A stretch of 40,439 nucleotides of DNA from Gammaproteobacteria bacterium (GCA_018609925.1 JAHEOG010000139.1:1-40439); one strand, 5' to 3'. Positions 22,688 through 32,214 are shown, counted from the first letter of the stretch. Numbers and translations: made by a program. The notes: generated by a model from the letters alone, not told the origin.

Positions 22688-25411
22688 GTGAGCATACCGC
22701 CTATGGCGCGCGACGGGCAAAGCGGCGGCAGCGGCAAAGCCTCGATCTTCCTGGTGGACGGCAGCTCCTACGTCTTCCGGGCCTACCACGCCCTGCCCAG
22801 CCTCTCCAGCGCATCCGGGATGAGCACGGGGGCGGCCTTCGGCTTCGCCCAGATGCTGCTCAAGCTGGTCCAGGACTTTGATCCCGCGGAGCTGGGAGTG
22901 GTCTTTGATCCCCGCGGGCCCACCTTCCGGGCCGAAATCTTCCCGGCCTACAAGGCCAACCGGCCCCCCATGCCGGAGGACCTGGCCGAGCAGCTCCCCT
23001 ACATCCAGCGCCTGGTGGAGGCCTTCGGCATCCCCACCCTGGTGGTGGAGGGCGTCGAGGCCGATGACGTCATCGGCACCCTGGCCGCCCAGGCGGAGGG
23101 GCTCGGCCGGGAGGTGCGGATCGTCACCGGCGACAAGGACATGGCCCAGTTGGTGGATCCCGATATCCGGCTGCTGGACACCATGAAGGATCGCGAGATC
23201 GACCCGGAGGCCGTGCGCCAGCGTTGGGGCGTGGATCCCGAAGCCATCCCGGACTTTTTGGCCCTGGTGGGCGATACGGTGGATAACATCCCCGGTGTCC
23301 CCGGCATCGGCGAGAAGACCGCCGCCAAGCTCCTGCAGCAGTACGGCAGCCTGGAGGCCCTGCTGGAGCAGGCCGACGAGATCGGGGGCAAGCAGGGCGA
23401 GCGCCTCCGGGAGCACGCCGACCAGCTCCGGATCAACAAGGACCTCACCACCATTCGCCGGGCATTGGAACTGGACCGCGGTTTGGACGAGCTCGCCCGG
23501 AGTGAGGAAGACGTCGAGACCTTGCGGGCCTTGTTCCAGGAGCTGGAGTTCACCTCCCTGCTGCGCGCCCTGGGCCACGTCGGCGACCCCGAGGCCGCCT
23601 CGGCCGACTACGAGGCGGTTACCGGGGCCGAGGAGCTCCGGGAGCTGGCCGAGCGCCTCGGCGGGGCCGAGCGCTTCGCCCTCGACACCGAGACCACCAG
23701 CCTCTCCGCGGTGCGGGCGGAGCTGGTGGGGCTGTCCTTCGCCGCCGACGCTCGCCGGGCCTACTACGTGCCCGTGGGCCATACCGGCGACGGCAGTGAC
23801 CAGCAGCTGCCGGTGGACCGGGTGCGCGAGGCCCTGACGCCGGCGCTCTCCGGGCACGCCGTCAAGATCGGGCAGAATCTGAAATACGACCTCTCGGTGC
23901 TGCACCGGGCCGGCTGGTCGGTGACGGGGCCCTTCGAGGACACCATGCTGATGAGCTACGTCCTCAATCCCACCCGCCACAGCCACGACATGGACACCCT
24001 CGCCGGGGAGCGCCTGGGGCGTACCACCACCAAGTACACCGAGATCGCTGGCAAGGGCGCCAAGCAGGTGACCTTCGACCGGGTGTCGGTGGCCGAGGCC
24101 GTGGGCTACGCGGGCGAGGACGCCGAGATCACCCTGGCCCTGTACGAGGACCTGGGCCCCGCCCTGGCGTCCGAGCCCCGCCTGGAGGCCATCTACCGCG
24201 ACCTGGAGCTGCCCCTGATGCCCATCCTGGCGCGCATGGAGCGTACCGGGGTGCGCTTGGACCTCGACCTGCTGGAGCGCCTATCCGCCGAGCTGGCGGA
24301 GCAGATGGATCGCGCCGAGGAGCAGGCCTACGCCATTGCCGGCCGGGAGTTCAACCTCAACTCCCCGCAGCAGATCCAGAAGATCCTGTTCGAGGAGCAG
24401 GGCCTGCCCGTGACCAAGCGTACCCCCAAGGGGGCGCCGAGCACCGCCGAGGATGTGCTCTCCCAGCTCGCCGAGGACTACCCGTTGCCGGCGCGGATCC
24501 TGGAGCATCGCGGCCTGGCCAAGCTCAAGTCCACCTACACCGACGCCCTGCCCAAGCTGGTCAATCCCGACACGGGTAGGGTCCACACCAACTACCACCA
24601 GGCCAACACCGCCACCGGCCGGCTTTCCTCGGCCGAGCCCAACCTCCAGAACATCCCGGTGCGGTCCGAGCAGGGCCGTCGCATCCGCCAGGCCTTCGTC
24701 CCGGCCGAGGATTGGGTCATGGTCGCCGCCGACTACTCCCAGATCGAGCTGCGGCTCATGGCCCATCTCTCCGGCGACGAAGGCCTCACCCAGGCCTTCG
24801 CCGAGGGCGCCGACATCCACGCCGCCACCGCTGCCGAGGTCTTCGGCGTCCAGGATCCGGACCAGGTGACCCCGGCCACCCGCCGGGCGGCCAAGGCGAT
24901 CAATTTCGGCCTCATCTACGGCATGTCGGCCTACGGGCTCGCCCGGCAGCTCGAGATCGCCCCCGAGGACGCCCAGGCCTACGTGGATGCCTACTTCGAG
25001 CGCTATCCCGGGGTGCGGGCCTACATGGACCGGATCCGCGAGCAGGTCCGGGAAACCGGCTACGTCGAGACCCTGCGCGGGCGCCGGCTCTACATCCCCG
25101 ACATCCACAGCCGCAATCCGGGACTGCGCGCCGGGGCCGAGCGCCAGGCGATCAACGCGCCCCTGCAGGGGACCGCCGCCGACATCATCAAGCAAGCCAT
25201 GATCGAGGTGGACCGCTGGCTCGCCGAAGAGGATCTGACCACCCGCATGCTGATGCAGGTTCACGACGAGCTCGTCTTCGAGGCCCACCCGCAGGAGCTG
25301 GACCGGCTCCGGCAAGCCCTGCCGGAGCTGATGACGGCCGGCAACGACGAGCTCTGCGTACCGCTGGAGGTGGAGATTGGGGTGGGGGCCAACTGGGACG
25401 AGGCCCACTAG
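22688..25411 (+). CDS. polA: DNA polymerase I
   Basis: 5' nuclease (LVDGSSYVFRAYHA, EADDVIGT, GDTVDNIPGV), intact 3'-5' exonuclease motifs (DTET, NLKYD, YAGED) and polymerase motifs DYSQIELR, KAINFGLIYG, QVHDEL. The start may be ATG 22703. Confidence 0.98.
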   Translation: MSIPPMARDGQSGGSGKASIFLVDGSSYVFRAYHALPSLSSASGMSTGAAFGFAQMLLKLVQDFDPAELGVVFDPRGPTFRAEIFPAYKANRPPMPEDLAEQLPYIQRLVEAFGIPTLVVEGVEADDVIGTLAAQAEGLGREVRIVTGDKDMAQLVDPDIRLLDTMKDREIDPEAVRQRWGVDPEAIPDFLALVGDTVDNIPGVPGIGEKTAAKLLQQYGSLEALLEQADEIGGKQGERLREHADQLRINKDLTTIRRALELDRGLDELARSEEDVETLRALFQELEFTSLLRALGHVGDPEAASADYEAVTGAEELRELAERLGGAERFALDTETTSLSAVRAELVGLSFAADARRAYYVPVGHTGDGSDQQLPVDRVREALTPALSGHAVKIGQNLKYDLSVLHRAGWSVTGPFEDTMLMSYVLNPTRHSHDMDTLAGERLGRTTTKYTEIAGKGAKQVTFDRVSVAEAVGYAGEDAEITLALYEDLGPALASEPRLEAIYRDLELPLMPILARMERTGVRLDLDLLERLSAELAEQMDRAEEQAYAIAGREFNLNSPQQIQKILFEEQGLPVTKRTPKGAPSTAEDVLSQLAEDYPLPARILEHRGLAKLKSTYTDALPKLVNPDTGRVHTNYHQANTATGRLSSAEPNLQNIPVRSEQGRRIRQAFVPAEDWVMVAADYSQIELRLMAHLSGDEGLTQAFAEGADIHAATAAEVFGVQDPDQVTPATRRAAKAINFGLIYGMSAYGLARQLEIAPEDAQAYVDAYFERYPGVRAYMDRIREQVRETGYVETLRGRRLYIPDIHSRNPGLRAGAERQAINAPLQGTAADIIKQAMIEVDRWLAEEDLTTRMLMQVHDELVFEAHPQELDRLRQALPELMTAGNDELCVPLEVEIGVGANWDEAH

Positions 25412-25466
25412 GCTGGCGATCGACCGGAGGGTGAGACAAAGCAGGCCGGGTAGTCGGCCCCCGGTG

Positions 25467-26162
25467 CTACCTTGCTGGGCCAACCTCCGCGACGAAGCGG
25501 GGGAGGAGCTCCCCGGCCGGGCCGCGCAGGGCCAGGTCCACCTCGTCGGCCACCGCGCTCGGTTGGGGGTTGATCTCGACGACGAAGGCCCCGGCCTGTC
25601 GGGCTAGCAGGGGCAGGCTCCCCGCGGGCGCCACCTCCGCCGCGGTGCCCACGGACAGGAAGACATCCGCCTCGCGGGCGGCTTGGGCGGCCTCCTCCAG
25701 TGCCCCCGGCGGCAAGCCCTCGCCGAACCAGACCACCCCGGGGCGCTGCCATTCGCCGCAGGCGGGACAGCGCGGCGGAACCTCGGGCAGCGGGACCCGG
25801 TGATCGGACCGGGTGGTCCCGCAGCCGGTGCACCGCAGATCCCAAAGGCTGCCGTGGAGCTCGACGACCCGGCCGGATCCGGCCGCCTGATGGAGCCCGT
25901 CGACGTTCTGGGTGATTAGGCTTACCTGACCTACGCGGTCCTCCAGGGCGGCCAGGGCCCGGTGGGCCGGGTTGGGCTCGGCGGCGGCGAAGCCTTCAGG
26001 GGTGGCGACGTCCTCCAACTGGACCTGCTGCCACAGGCCCGCCGCGTCCCGGAAGGTGGGAACACCGCTCTCGGCGGAGGCCCCCGAGCCGGTAAGGACG
26101 GTTACCCGTGGGGCCCCGGACAGCGCCTCGCGGGCCCGGTCGATAGCGCTTGCACCGCTCAT
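25467..26162 (-). CDS. cobB: Sir2-family NAD-dependent protein deacylase (CobB/class III-like) with an apparent in-frame internal deletion
   Basis: Motifs LTGSGASAESGVPTFR, PNPAH, TQNVDGLH, ELHGS, CxxC...CxxC, RPGVVWFGE and EINP. The usual segment between ATPEGF and AEPNPAH is absent. Confidence 0.88.
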   Translation of the reverse strand: MSGASAIDRAREALSGAPRVTVLTGSGASAESGVPTFRDAAGLWQQVQLEDVATPEGFAAAEPNPAHRALAALEDRVGQVSLITQNVDGLHQAAGSGRVVELHGSLWDLRCTGCGTTRSDHRVPLPEVPPRCPACGEWQRPGVVWFGEGLPPGALEEAAQAAREADVFLSVGTAAEVAPAGSLPLLARQAGAFVVEINPQPSAVADEVDLALRGPAGELLPRFVAEVGPAR

Positions 26163-26239
26163 CCGGCTGGTATCCTTGGGTCCATTCCGGTCCTTCCACT
26201 TGATTGGGTCGCCCCATCCCTTCAGCAGAGGAAAGCCCC

Positions 26240-26794
26240 ATGCCCCTGGCCCGCGCCGAAACCTCTTCCCTCGCCGTCATCGATGTCCAGGAGAAGCTCG
26301 CTCCGGCCATGGCTCCAGATGTTCGCCGGGAGCTCCTGGACGGGATCCAGGTGCTCCTGCGCGCCGCCGACCAGCTCGAGGTACCGGTGGTCGCCACCGA
26401 GCAATACCCCAAGGGGTTGGGTCATACCGTCCCTGAAGTCGAGGGTTACCTGCCCGCGGCAACGCATAAGGTGGTCAAGGACAGCTTCTCCTGCTGCGAC
26501 GAACCGGGGTTCCTAAAGCCCCTGGAACAAGCCGATCGGCCCCAGGTGGTCCTGACGGGCATGGAGGCCCACGTCTGCATCCTCCAAACGGCGGTACACC
26601 TCCGGGAGGCGGGCTATACCCCCATCGTGGTGGCCGACGGGGTATGCTCCCGCCGGGCGGACCACCGGGCCAACGCCCTGGACCGCCTGCGGGGGGAAGG
26701 CGTGGTCGTCGCCAACGTGGAATCCGTGCTGTTCGAATGGCTCCGCCGGGCCGGAACCGACGCCTTCCGCAGCCTCGCCAAGCTCATCCAATAA
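26240..26794 (+). CDS. Isochorismatase-family cysteine hydrolase (YcaC/ISOC-like)
   Basis: ATG 26240 after AGAGGA. Motifs VIDVQEKL, TEQYPKGLG, KDSFSC and GMEAHVCILQT give the D/K/C triad. Confidence 0.9.
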   Translation: MPLARAETSSLAVIDVQEKLAPAMAPDVRRELLDGIQVLLRAADQLEVPVVATEQYPKGLGHTVPEVEGYLPAATHKVVKDSFSCCDEPGFLKPLEQADRPQVVLTGMEAHVCILQTAVHLREAGYTPIVVADGVCSRRADHRANALDRLRGEGVVVANVESVLFEWLRRAGTDAFRSLAKLIQ

Positions 26795-26858
26795 CCGATC
26801 CCTGTAATGGTCCGAATGGCTGGGCTTTGGCTCCCAGGGTAGAAACCCTATGAACCGT

Positions 26859-27686
26859 TCATAGGGGTGGCGGAGACCGGGTCCCGCTCCCGCCCACCGC
26901 CCATCGGCGGATGATCTCGTGCAACCGGCGGAGCCCGTCGGTAAGGGCAGCCGGGCCGGGCTGCAAAATCTCCGCCGACTTGATCTCATAGAGATGGCCG
27001 TCGCGGACGGCGGGCATCGCTTGCCAGCCCTCCCGGGCGGCTACCTGCTCCGGGCGGAAGCGCTTGCCGCACCAGGAGCCGACGATAATATCCGGTGCTC
27101 GGCGGACTACCTCCTGCGGATCCGCGACGATCCGGTCCCGGGCCCCTGCGGCACCGGCCCTATCGGCGAAGCAGTCCTCCCCCCCGGCCACCCCGATGAG
27201 CTCCGAGACCCACCCGATCCCGGTGATCATAGGATCATCCCATTCCTCGAAGTAGACCCGGGGTCGCCGGGGCAGATCGATGCCCGCCTCGGCAACGCCG
27301 GTCAGCCCCGCCTTAAGCTCGGCCAGCAAGACATCGGCTTTGCCCTGCACCCCCACCATGGCGCCCACCATCCGGATCATGGCGAAGATGCCCGCCACGT
27401 CGCGCTGGTTGAACACGTGGACCGGCAAGCCCGCCCGGACCAGCTCGGCGGCGATGTCCGCCTGCATGTCCGAGAAGGCGAGCACCAGGTCCGGTTTCAG
27501 CTCCCGGATCCGATCCATTTTGGCGCTGGTGAACGCCGAGACCTTGGGCTTGTCCCGACGGGCTTCCGGCGGACGTACCGTGAAGCCCGAGATCCCCACG
27601 ATCCGGTGTTGCTCACCCAGACGGTAGAGGGTCTCGGTGGCCTCCTCGGTGAGGCAGACGATCCGCTCGGGCAGGGCGGTGGTCAA
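26859..27686 (-). CDS. BtuF-like cobalamin/Fe-siderophore type binding protein (helical backbone receptor)
   Basis: Motifs PERIVCLTEE.TETLY.LG, IVGISG, LKPDLVL, YFEEWDDPMI and ILQPGP. TTG start and no signal peptide. Confidence 0.8.
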   Translation of the reverse strand: MTTALPERIVCLTEEATETLYRLGEQHRIVGISGFTVRPPEARRDKPKVSAFTSAKMDRIRELKPDLVLAFSDMQADIAAELVRAGLPVHVFNQRDVAGIFAMIRMVGAMVGVQGKADVLLAELKAGLTGVAEAGIDLPRRPRVYFEEWDDPMITGIGWVSELIGVAGGEDCFADRAGAAGARDRIVADPQEVVRRAPDIIVGSWCGKRFRPEQVAAREGWQAMPAVRDGHLYEIKSAEILQPGPAALTDGLRRLHEIIRRWAVGGSGTRSPPPL

Positions 27687-27812
27687 GGAGGTGCTCCCGG
27701 GGTTTGCCGGTCCGGGCCCTGCCCTTAAATAGGGAGGGGAGGCACTTGGACCGCTGGTACCGAGACCCCTTCCCCAAATCGGTAACGGGGATCAAGAAAG
27801 GAGGTGGTGCCA

Positions 27813-28259
27813 ATGGTGATGGGCGCGACCAAGTTCGAGCGGCTCTTCCGCAAGGCCGGTGGGCTGGACGTGGATAAGAGCGACCTGGGCCGGCTGTCGG
27901 AGTTTTTGGATCGCAAGGTCCACGACCTCCTTCTGGCCGCCCAGGCTCGGGCGAAGGCCGACGCACGCGATCTGATCGAGGACCGGGACCTGCCGATTAC
28001 CAAAGGCCTCCAGGAAAGCATACAGGAATTCCGGAAGCTCGAGGTGGAGCTGGAATTAAGGCCCATCCTTGCGCAGCTCGCGGAGCTTCCCCCACTGGAT
28101 CTGGACCTCACCGAAAAGGCCCGGCAACGGCTACCCGAAATGGTGGGCGGCATCGCCGTCAGCCTAGCGCATACCTTCCCCATCCTCGATCCCGAGGTGA
28201 AGAATCCCGAGACCCGGCACTGGCAAAGGGCCTTCGAGATCTTCGACCGCCTGCTCTAG
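27813..28259 (+). CDS. DUF1931 family double histone-fold protein (Aquifex Aq_328-like)
   Basis: ATG 27813 lies 7 nt after AAGGAGGT. Recognised pattern FERLFRKAGGLDVDKSDL...AKA..RD.I...DLPITKGLQESI.EFR...DP..KNP...HW.RA..IFD.LL. Confidence 0.85.
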   Translation: MVMGATKFERLFRKAGGLDVDKSDLGRLSEFLDRKVHDLLLAAQARAKADARDLIEDRDLPITKGLQESIQEFRKLEVELELRPILAQLAELPPLDLDLTEKARQRLPEMVGGIAVSLAHTFPILDPEVKNPETRHWQRAFEIFDRLL

Positions 28260-28534
28260 TTGGGCCCTTTCCCATCATTTTCCGGCCTTTATATGGCAGG
28301 CCAGCGCGGGTTTATCGCATCCCATATTCCTATGTTGTCATTATTTTTTACAAAAACTTCCTTATATTGTGTAAAGTTTTCGGCATCTGCCTTGTTTTGT
28401 CCTATATGCCCTACTGTGGGGATATTTTGAATTTTTCTCTGGAGGCTATTGACGGGTTTGTATGGGCTTTGTTACCCCTTTTGTCATTGTTTCCGCCGAC
28501 CAACGGCAGAACCTGGTGAAAAAAGGGGGATGTT
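28260..28534. promoter_or_regulatory. AT-rich intergenic island, probably regulatory
   Basis: GC falls to 15/60 (25%) at 28321-28380 in an otherwise very GC-rich window. Contains the inverted repeat TTTACAAAA-N11-TTGTGTAAA (28347-28375) and a TTGACG hexamer at 28449. Confidence 0.55.
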
Positions 28535-28774
28535 GTGCAAAAAGGGGGAACTGCCACCGGCCTCGCCGTGGGCCTGGCCGGTTTGGCGCTGGTGGCGGGC
28601 CTGCCGTCGGTCGGCCTTTCTCAGGCCGGAACCGACTCGTCCCAAGCGACGCAGTCCAATCCCAACCCCGACGTCGCTTGGGTGGGCTTCCACCGGCGCT
28701 TGGACCGAGAGGGGGTTTTCCCCCGGCCCAAGAGGCGGCTTGGCCTTTCTCCTCAAGCCGGTGGTTTCTTTTAA
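28535..28774 (+). CDS. Small hypothetical exported protein or gene remnant (79 aa)
   Basis: GTG start after purine-rich AAGGGGGA, an N-terminal signal-peptide-like stretch (K..GLAVGLAGLALVAGLP..GLS-Q), and a position downstream of the AT-rich island. Confidence 0.45.
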   Translation: MQKGGTATGLAVGLAGLALVAGLPSVGLSQAGTDSSQATQSNPNPDVAWVGFHRRLDREGVFPRPKRRLGLSPQAGGFF

Positions 28775-28787
28775 TTCCAATCCATTC

Positions 28788-29246
28788 TTACGAACCCCAG
28801 GGGGTACGGTTTGTCAGCCACCGATCCAGCGCGTTGGCGAAGGCCTGACGGTCGCGGTGGGACTCCGGCGACGGTCCGCCTCCGGCCAGGCCGGCGCCCC
28901 GCATCTCTTCCATGAAATCCCGCATGGACAGCTTCTGGCGCACCGACTCGGCGGTGTATTCCTCGCCCCGGGGCGACAGCGCCTTGGCGCCGCGCTCTAC
29001 CACCTCCGCGGCGAGGGGGAGGTCCGCCGTAACCACCAGGTCCCCGGTCTCGAGGTTCTCCGCGATGTAGTGGTCGGCCGCGTCGGCGCCCGCCGGTACC
29101 CGGACCACGGAGGCGTTGGGCGCCTTGGGCGGGGGCAGGTCCCGATTGGCCACCAGGACCACTCCGGTCCCCGTGCGCCGGGAGGCCTTCAGGACGATCT
29201 CCCGGACGGCATTGGGGCAGCCGTCGGCGTCCACCCAGATGGTCAT
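28788..29246 (-). CDS. yaiI: YaiI/YqxD family protein (UPF0178)
   Basis: Motifs IWVDADGCP, GADAADHYI, GDLVVTADLPLA and FANALDRWL. RBS AAGGAGG. Confidence 0.92.
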   Translation of the reverse strand: MTIWVDADGCPNAVREIVLKASRRTGTGVVLVANRDLPPPKAPNASVVRVPAGADAADHYIAENLETGDLVVTADLPLAAEVVERGAKALSPRGEEYTAESVRQKLSMRDFMEEMRGAGLAGGGPSPESHRDRQAFANALDRWLTNRTPWGS

Positions 29247-29312
29247 GCTGAGCCTCCTTCGGTTGGGGGCCTTTTCTTTGACCCCGGGCCCTTTTCCGCC
29301 CCGATCCCGAAC

Positions 29313-29341
29313 GAAAAGAAGCCCCGCCTTAACGGCGGGGC
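29313..29341 (-). terminator. Intrinsic terminator after groEL
   Basis: 8-bp stem GCCCCGCC/GGCGGGGC (29321-29341), followed on the minus strand by TTCTTTTC. Confidence 0.8.
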
Positions 29342-29383
29342 CTCTTCGATTGACGATGCGCCCTAGGGTGCGGCGGCGAGGGC

Positions 29384-31036
<1,653 letters not shown>

Positions 31037-31090
31037 TTAACCCCTTCGGTTCGTAACCAACGGATTGATGTTCGGTGTATCGCGCGGAAG

Positions 31091-31378
31091 CTAGTCGACC
31101 ACGGCCAGGAGATCGTCCTCGCGCATGACCAGGTACTCCTCGCCGCCGGCCTCCACCTCGGTGCCGGCGTACTTGGCGAACAGCACCCGGTCCCCCTCCT
31201 TGACGGACATGGGCCGCTTCTCCCCGTTGTCCAGGGGCTTGCCGTCACCGACGGCGACGACGTCGCCCTGGATGGGCTTCTCCTTGGCCGTGTCGGGGAT
31301 GTAGAGGCCGGACTCGGTGACCTCCTCTTCCTCCACGCGCTTGATGACGACCCGGTCGTGCAGCGGACGGATCTTCAT
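31091..31378 (-). CDS. groES: Co-chaperonin GroES
   Basis: Motifs [23 protein letters not shown] and [14 protein letters not shown]. Confidence 0.99.
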   Translation of the reverse strand: MKIRPLHDRVVIKRVEEEEVTESGLYIPDTAKEKPIQGDVVAVGDGKPLDNGEKRPMSVKEGDRVLFAKYAGTEVEAGGEEYLVMREDDLLAVVD

Positions 31379-31463
31379 GATGGGTATTCCTCCTCAGCTC
31401 GGTGGGCAATGGATGATCAGCGAAAAAGGGTGGCACTCGCCGAGGCCGCCTGCCGGGGCGTTG

Positions 31464-31490
31464 TTAGCACTCCCTTTTATCGAGTGCTAA
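31464..31490. promoter_or_regulatory. CIRCE operator (HrcA-binding site) upstream of groES
   Basis: Perfect consensus TTAGCACTC-ccttttatc-GAGTGCTAA (9-N9-9). Confidence 0.95.
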
Positions 31491-31517
31491 TGGTAATCGC
31501 TGGTGGGCGGTTGTCAA
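31490..31517 (-). promoter_or_regulatory. sigma70 promoter of groESL abutting CIRCE
   Basis: Minus-strand TTGACA-N16-TACCAT. The last base of the -10 hexamer is the first base of CIRCE. Confidence 0.75.
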
Positions 31518-31540
31518 TACCGGCTCACGGGCGAAAACCA

Positions 31541-32017
31541 TTATTCGTCAAGCCGGTCCCCCGGATCCCGGGGCCGGCGATGAAACTCGCCCTCGATTAC
31601 GGTCCGGCGTCCGCGGGCCCCGCCCGGGCCCGGGGCGGAACCCATTGGATCCATGCGCACCCAGAGCCGATGCCGGAGGTGGCGGTAGGCCCAGCGTCGC
31701 AGGGGCGGCGTGAGGAGGGCGAAGCCCACGGCATCGGTAAAGAACCCGGGGGTCAGCAGCAGGGCCCCGGCGACCAGCAGGCAGGCTCCCTCGAACAGCG
31801 TTTGGGTCGGGATCTCCGCCCGGTGGAGCTGGGTATAGAGCCGGGTAACGGTTACCATTCCCTGGTAGCGTGCCAAGGCCGCGCCCAGTAGGGCCGTACC
31901 GACCACCGCCGCAATCGTGGCGGGGGCCCCAATGGCCTGGCCCACCTCGATCAGCAGATAGACCTCCAACAGGGGCACCGTCAGGAACAGGAGGAACAGG
32001 CTGGGCAGGAGCCGCAT
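31541..32017 (-). CDS. fxsA: FxsA family inner membrane protein
   Basis: ATG 32017. Motifs PLLEVYLLIEVG..IG, G.ALAR.QG, AGALLLTPGFFTDAVG and VIEGEF. Conserved fxsA-groES neighbourhood. Confidence 0.93.
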   Translation of the reverse strand: MRLLPSLFLLFLTVPLLEVYLLIEVGQAIGAPATIAAVVGTALLGAALARYQGMVTVTRLYTQLHRAEIPTQTLFEGACLLVAGALLLTPGFFTDAVGFALLTPPLRRWAYRHLRHRLWVRMDPMGSAPGPGGARGRRTVIEGEFHRRPRDPGDRLDE

Positions 32018-32060
32018 GAGGGACCCTTCTGGAGCGTTTGGGCGAGTGTCGTCGAAAGGG

Positions 32061-32089
32061 AGGTGGGGACGACCGGCGGCCGGATCAAC
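32061..32089 (-). promoter_or_regulatory. sigma32-like promoter of fxsA
   Basis: Minus-strand GTTGAT-N15-CCCCACCT, compared with the RpoH consensus CTTGAA-N13-15-CCCCATNT. fxsA is an RpoH-regulon gene in E. coli. Confidence 0.55.
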
Positions 32090-32099
32090 CCGGGGCGAC

Positions 32100-32126
32100 A
32101 AAAAAGCGGCGGCCCGAAGGCCGCCG
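32100..32126 (-). terminator. Strong intrinsic terminator with no CDS upstream on its strand
   Basis: Minus-strand CGGCGGCC-TTCG-GGCCGCCG-C-TTTTTT. Confidence 0.88.
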
Positions 32127-32214
32127 ACCCAACCCACAACGGAGGGAGAGCCTGACTTGTAACAGGAGCCGGAGGAACCTTTCCCCTCCTTTTTCAGACT
32201 TCTCCCTTCCCGGG
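32100..32214 (-). ncRNA. Candidate structured small RNA (about 115 nt)
   Basis: Bounded by a sigma54-like promoter and an orphan terminator. A 15-bp bulged stem pairs 32194-32210 with 32141-32155, and the RNA carries C/U-rich anti-SD-like tracts. Confidence 0.6.

Noticed and set aside
27687-27812. Cobalamin riboswitch upstream of the BtuF-like gene
   Set aside because: The gap is short (126 bp, shared with a divergent gene) and lacks the GGGAA...CCCCCGC.ACTGT...GCCACTG core.
28335-28488. Pho box made from the TTGTCAT half-sites
   Set aside because: Partner half-sites are poor or spaced 12 rather than 11 bp apart.
28260-28534. AT-rich island as oriC or DNA-unwinding element
   Set aside because: There is no cluster of DnaA boxes (TTATCCACA). 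The only near match, CGTGGATAA at about 27869, is inside the DUF1931 CDS. The origin more likely lies upstream of yidC, outside the window.
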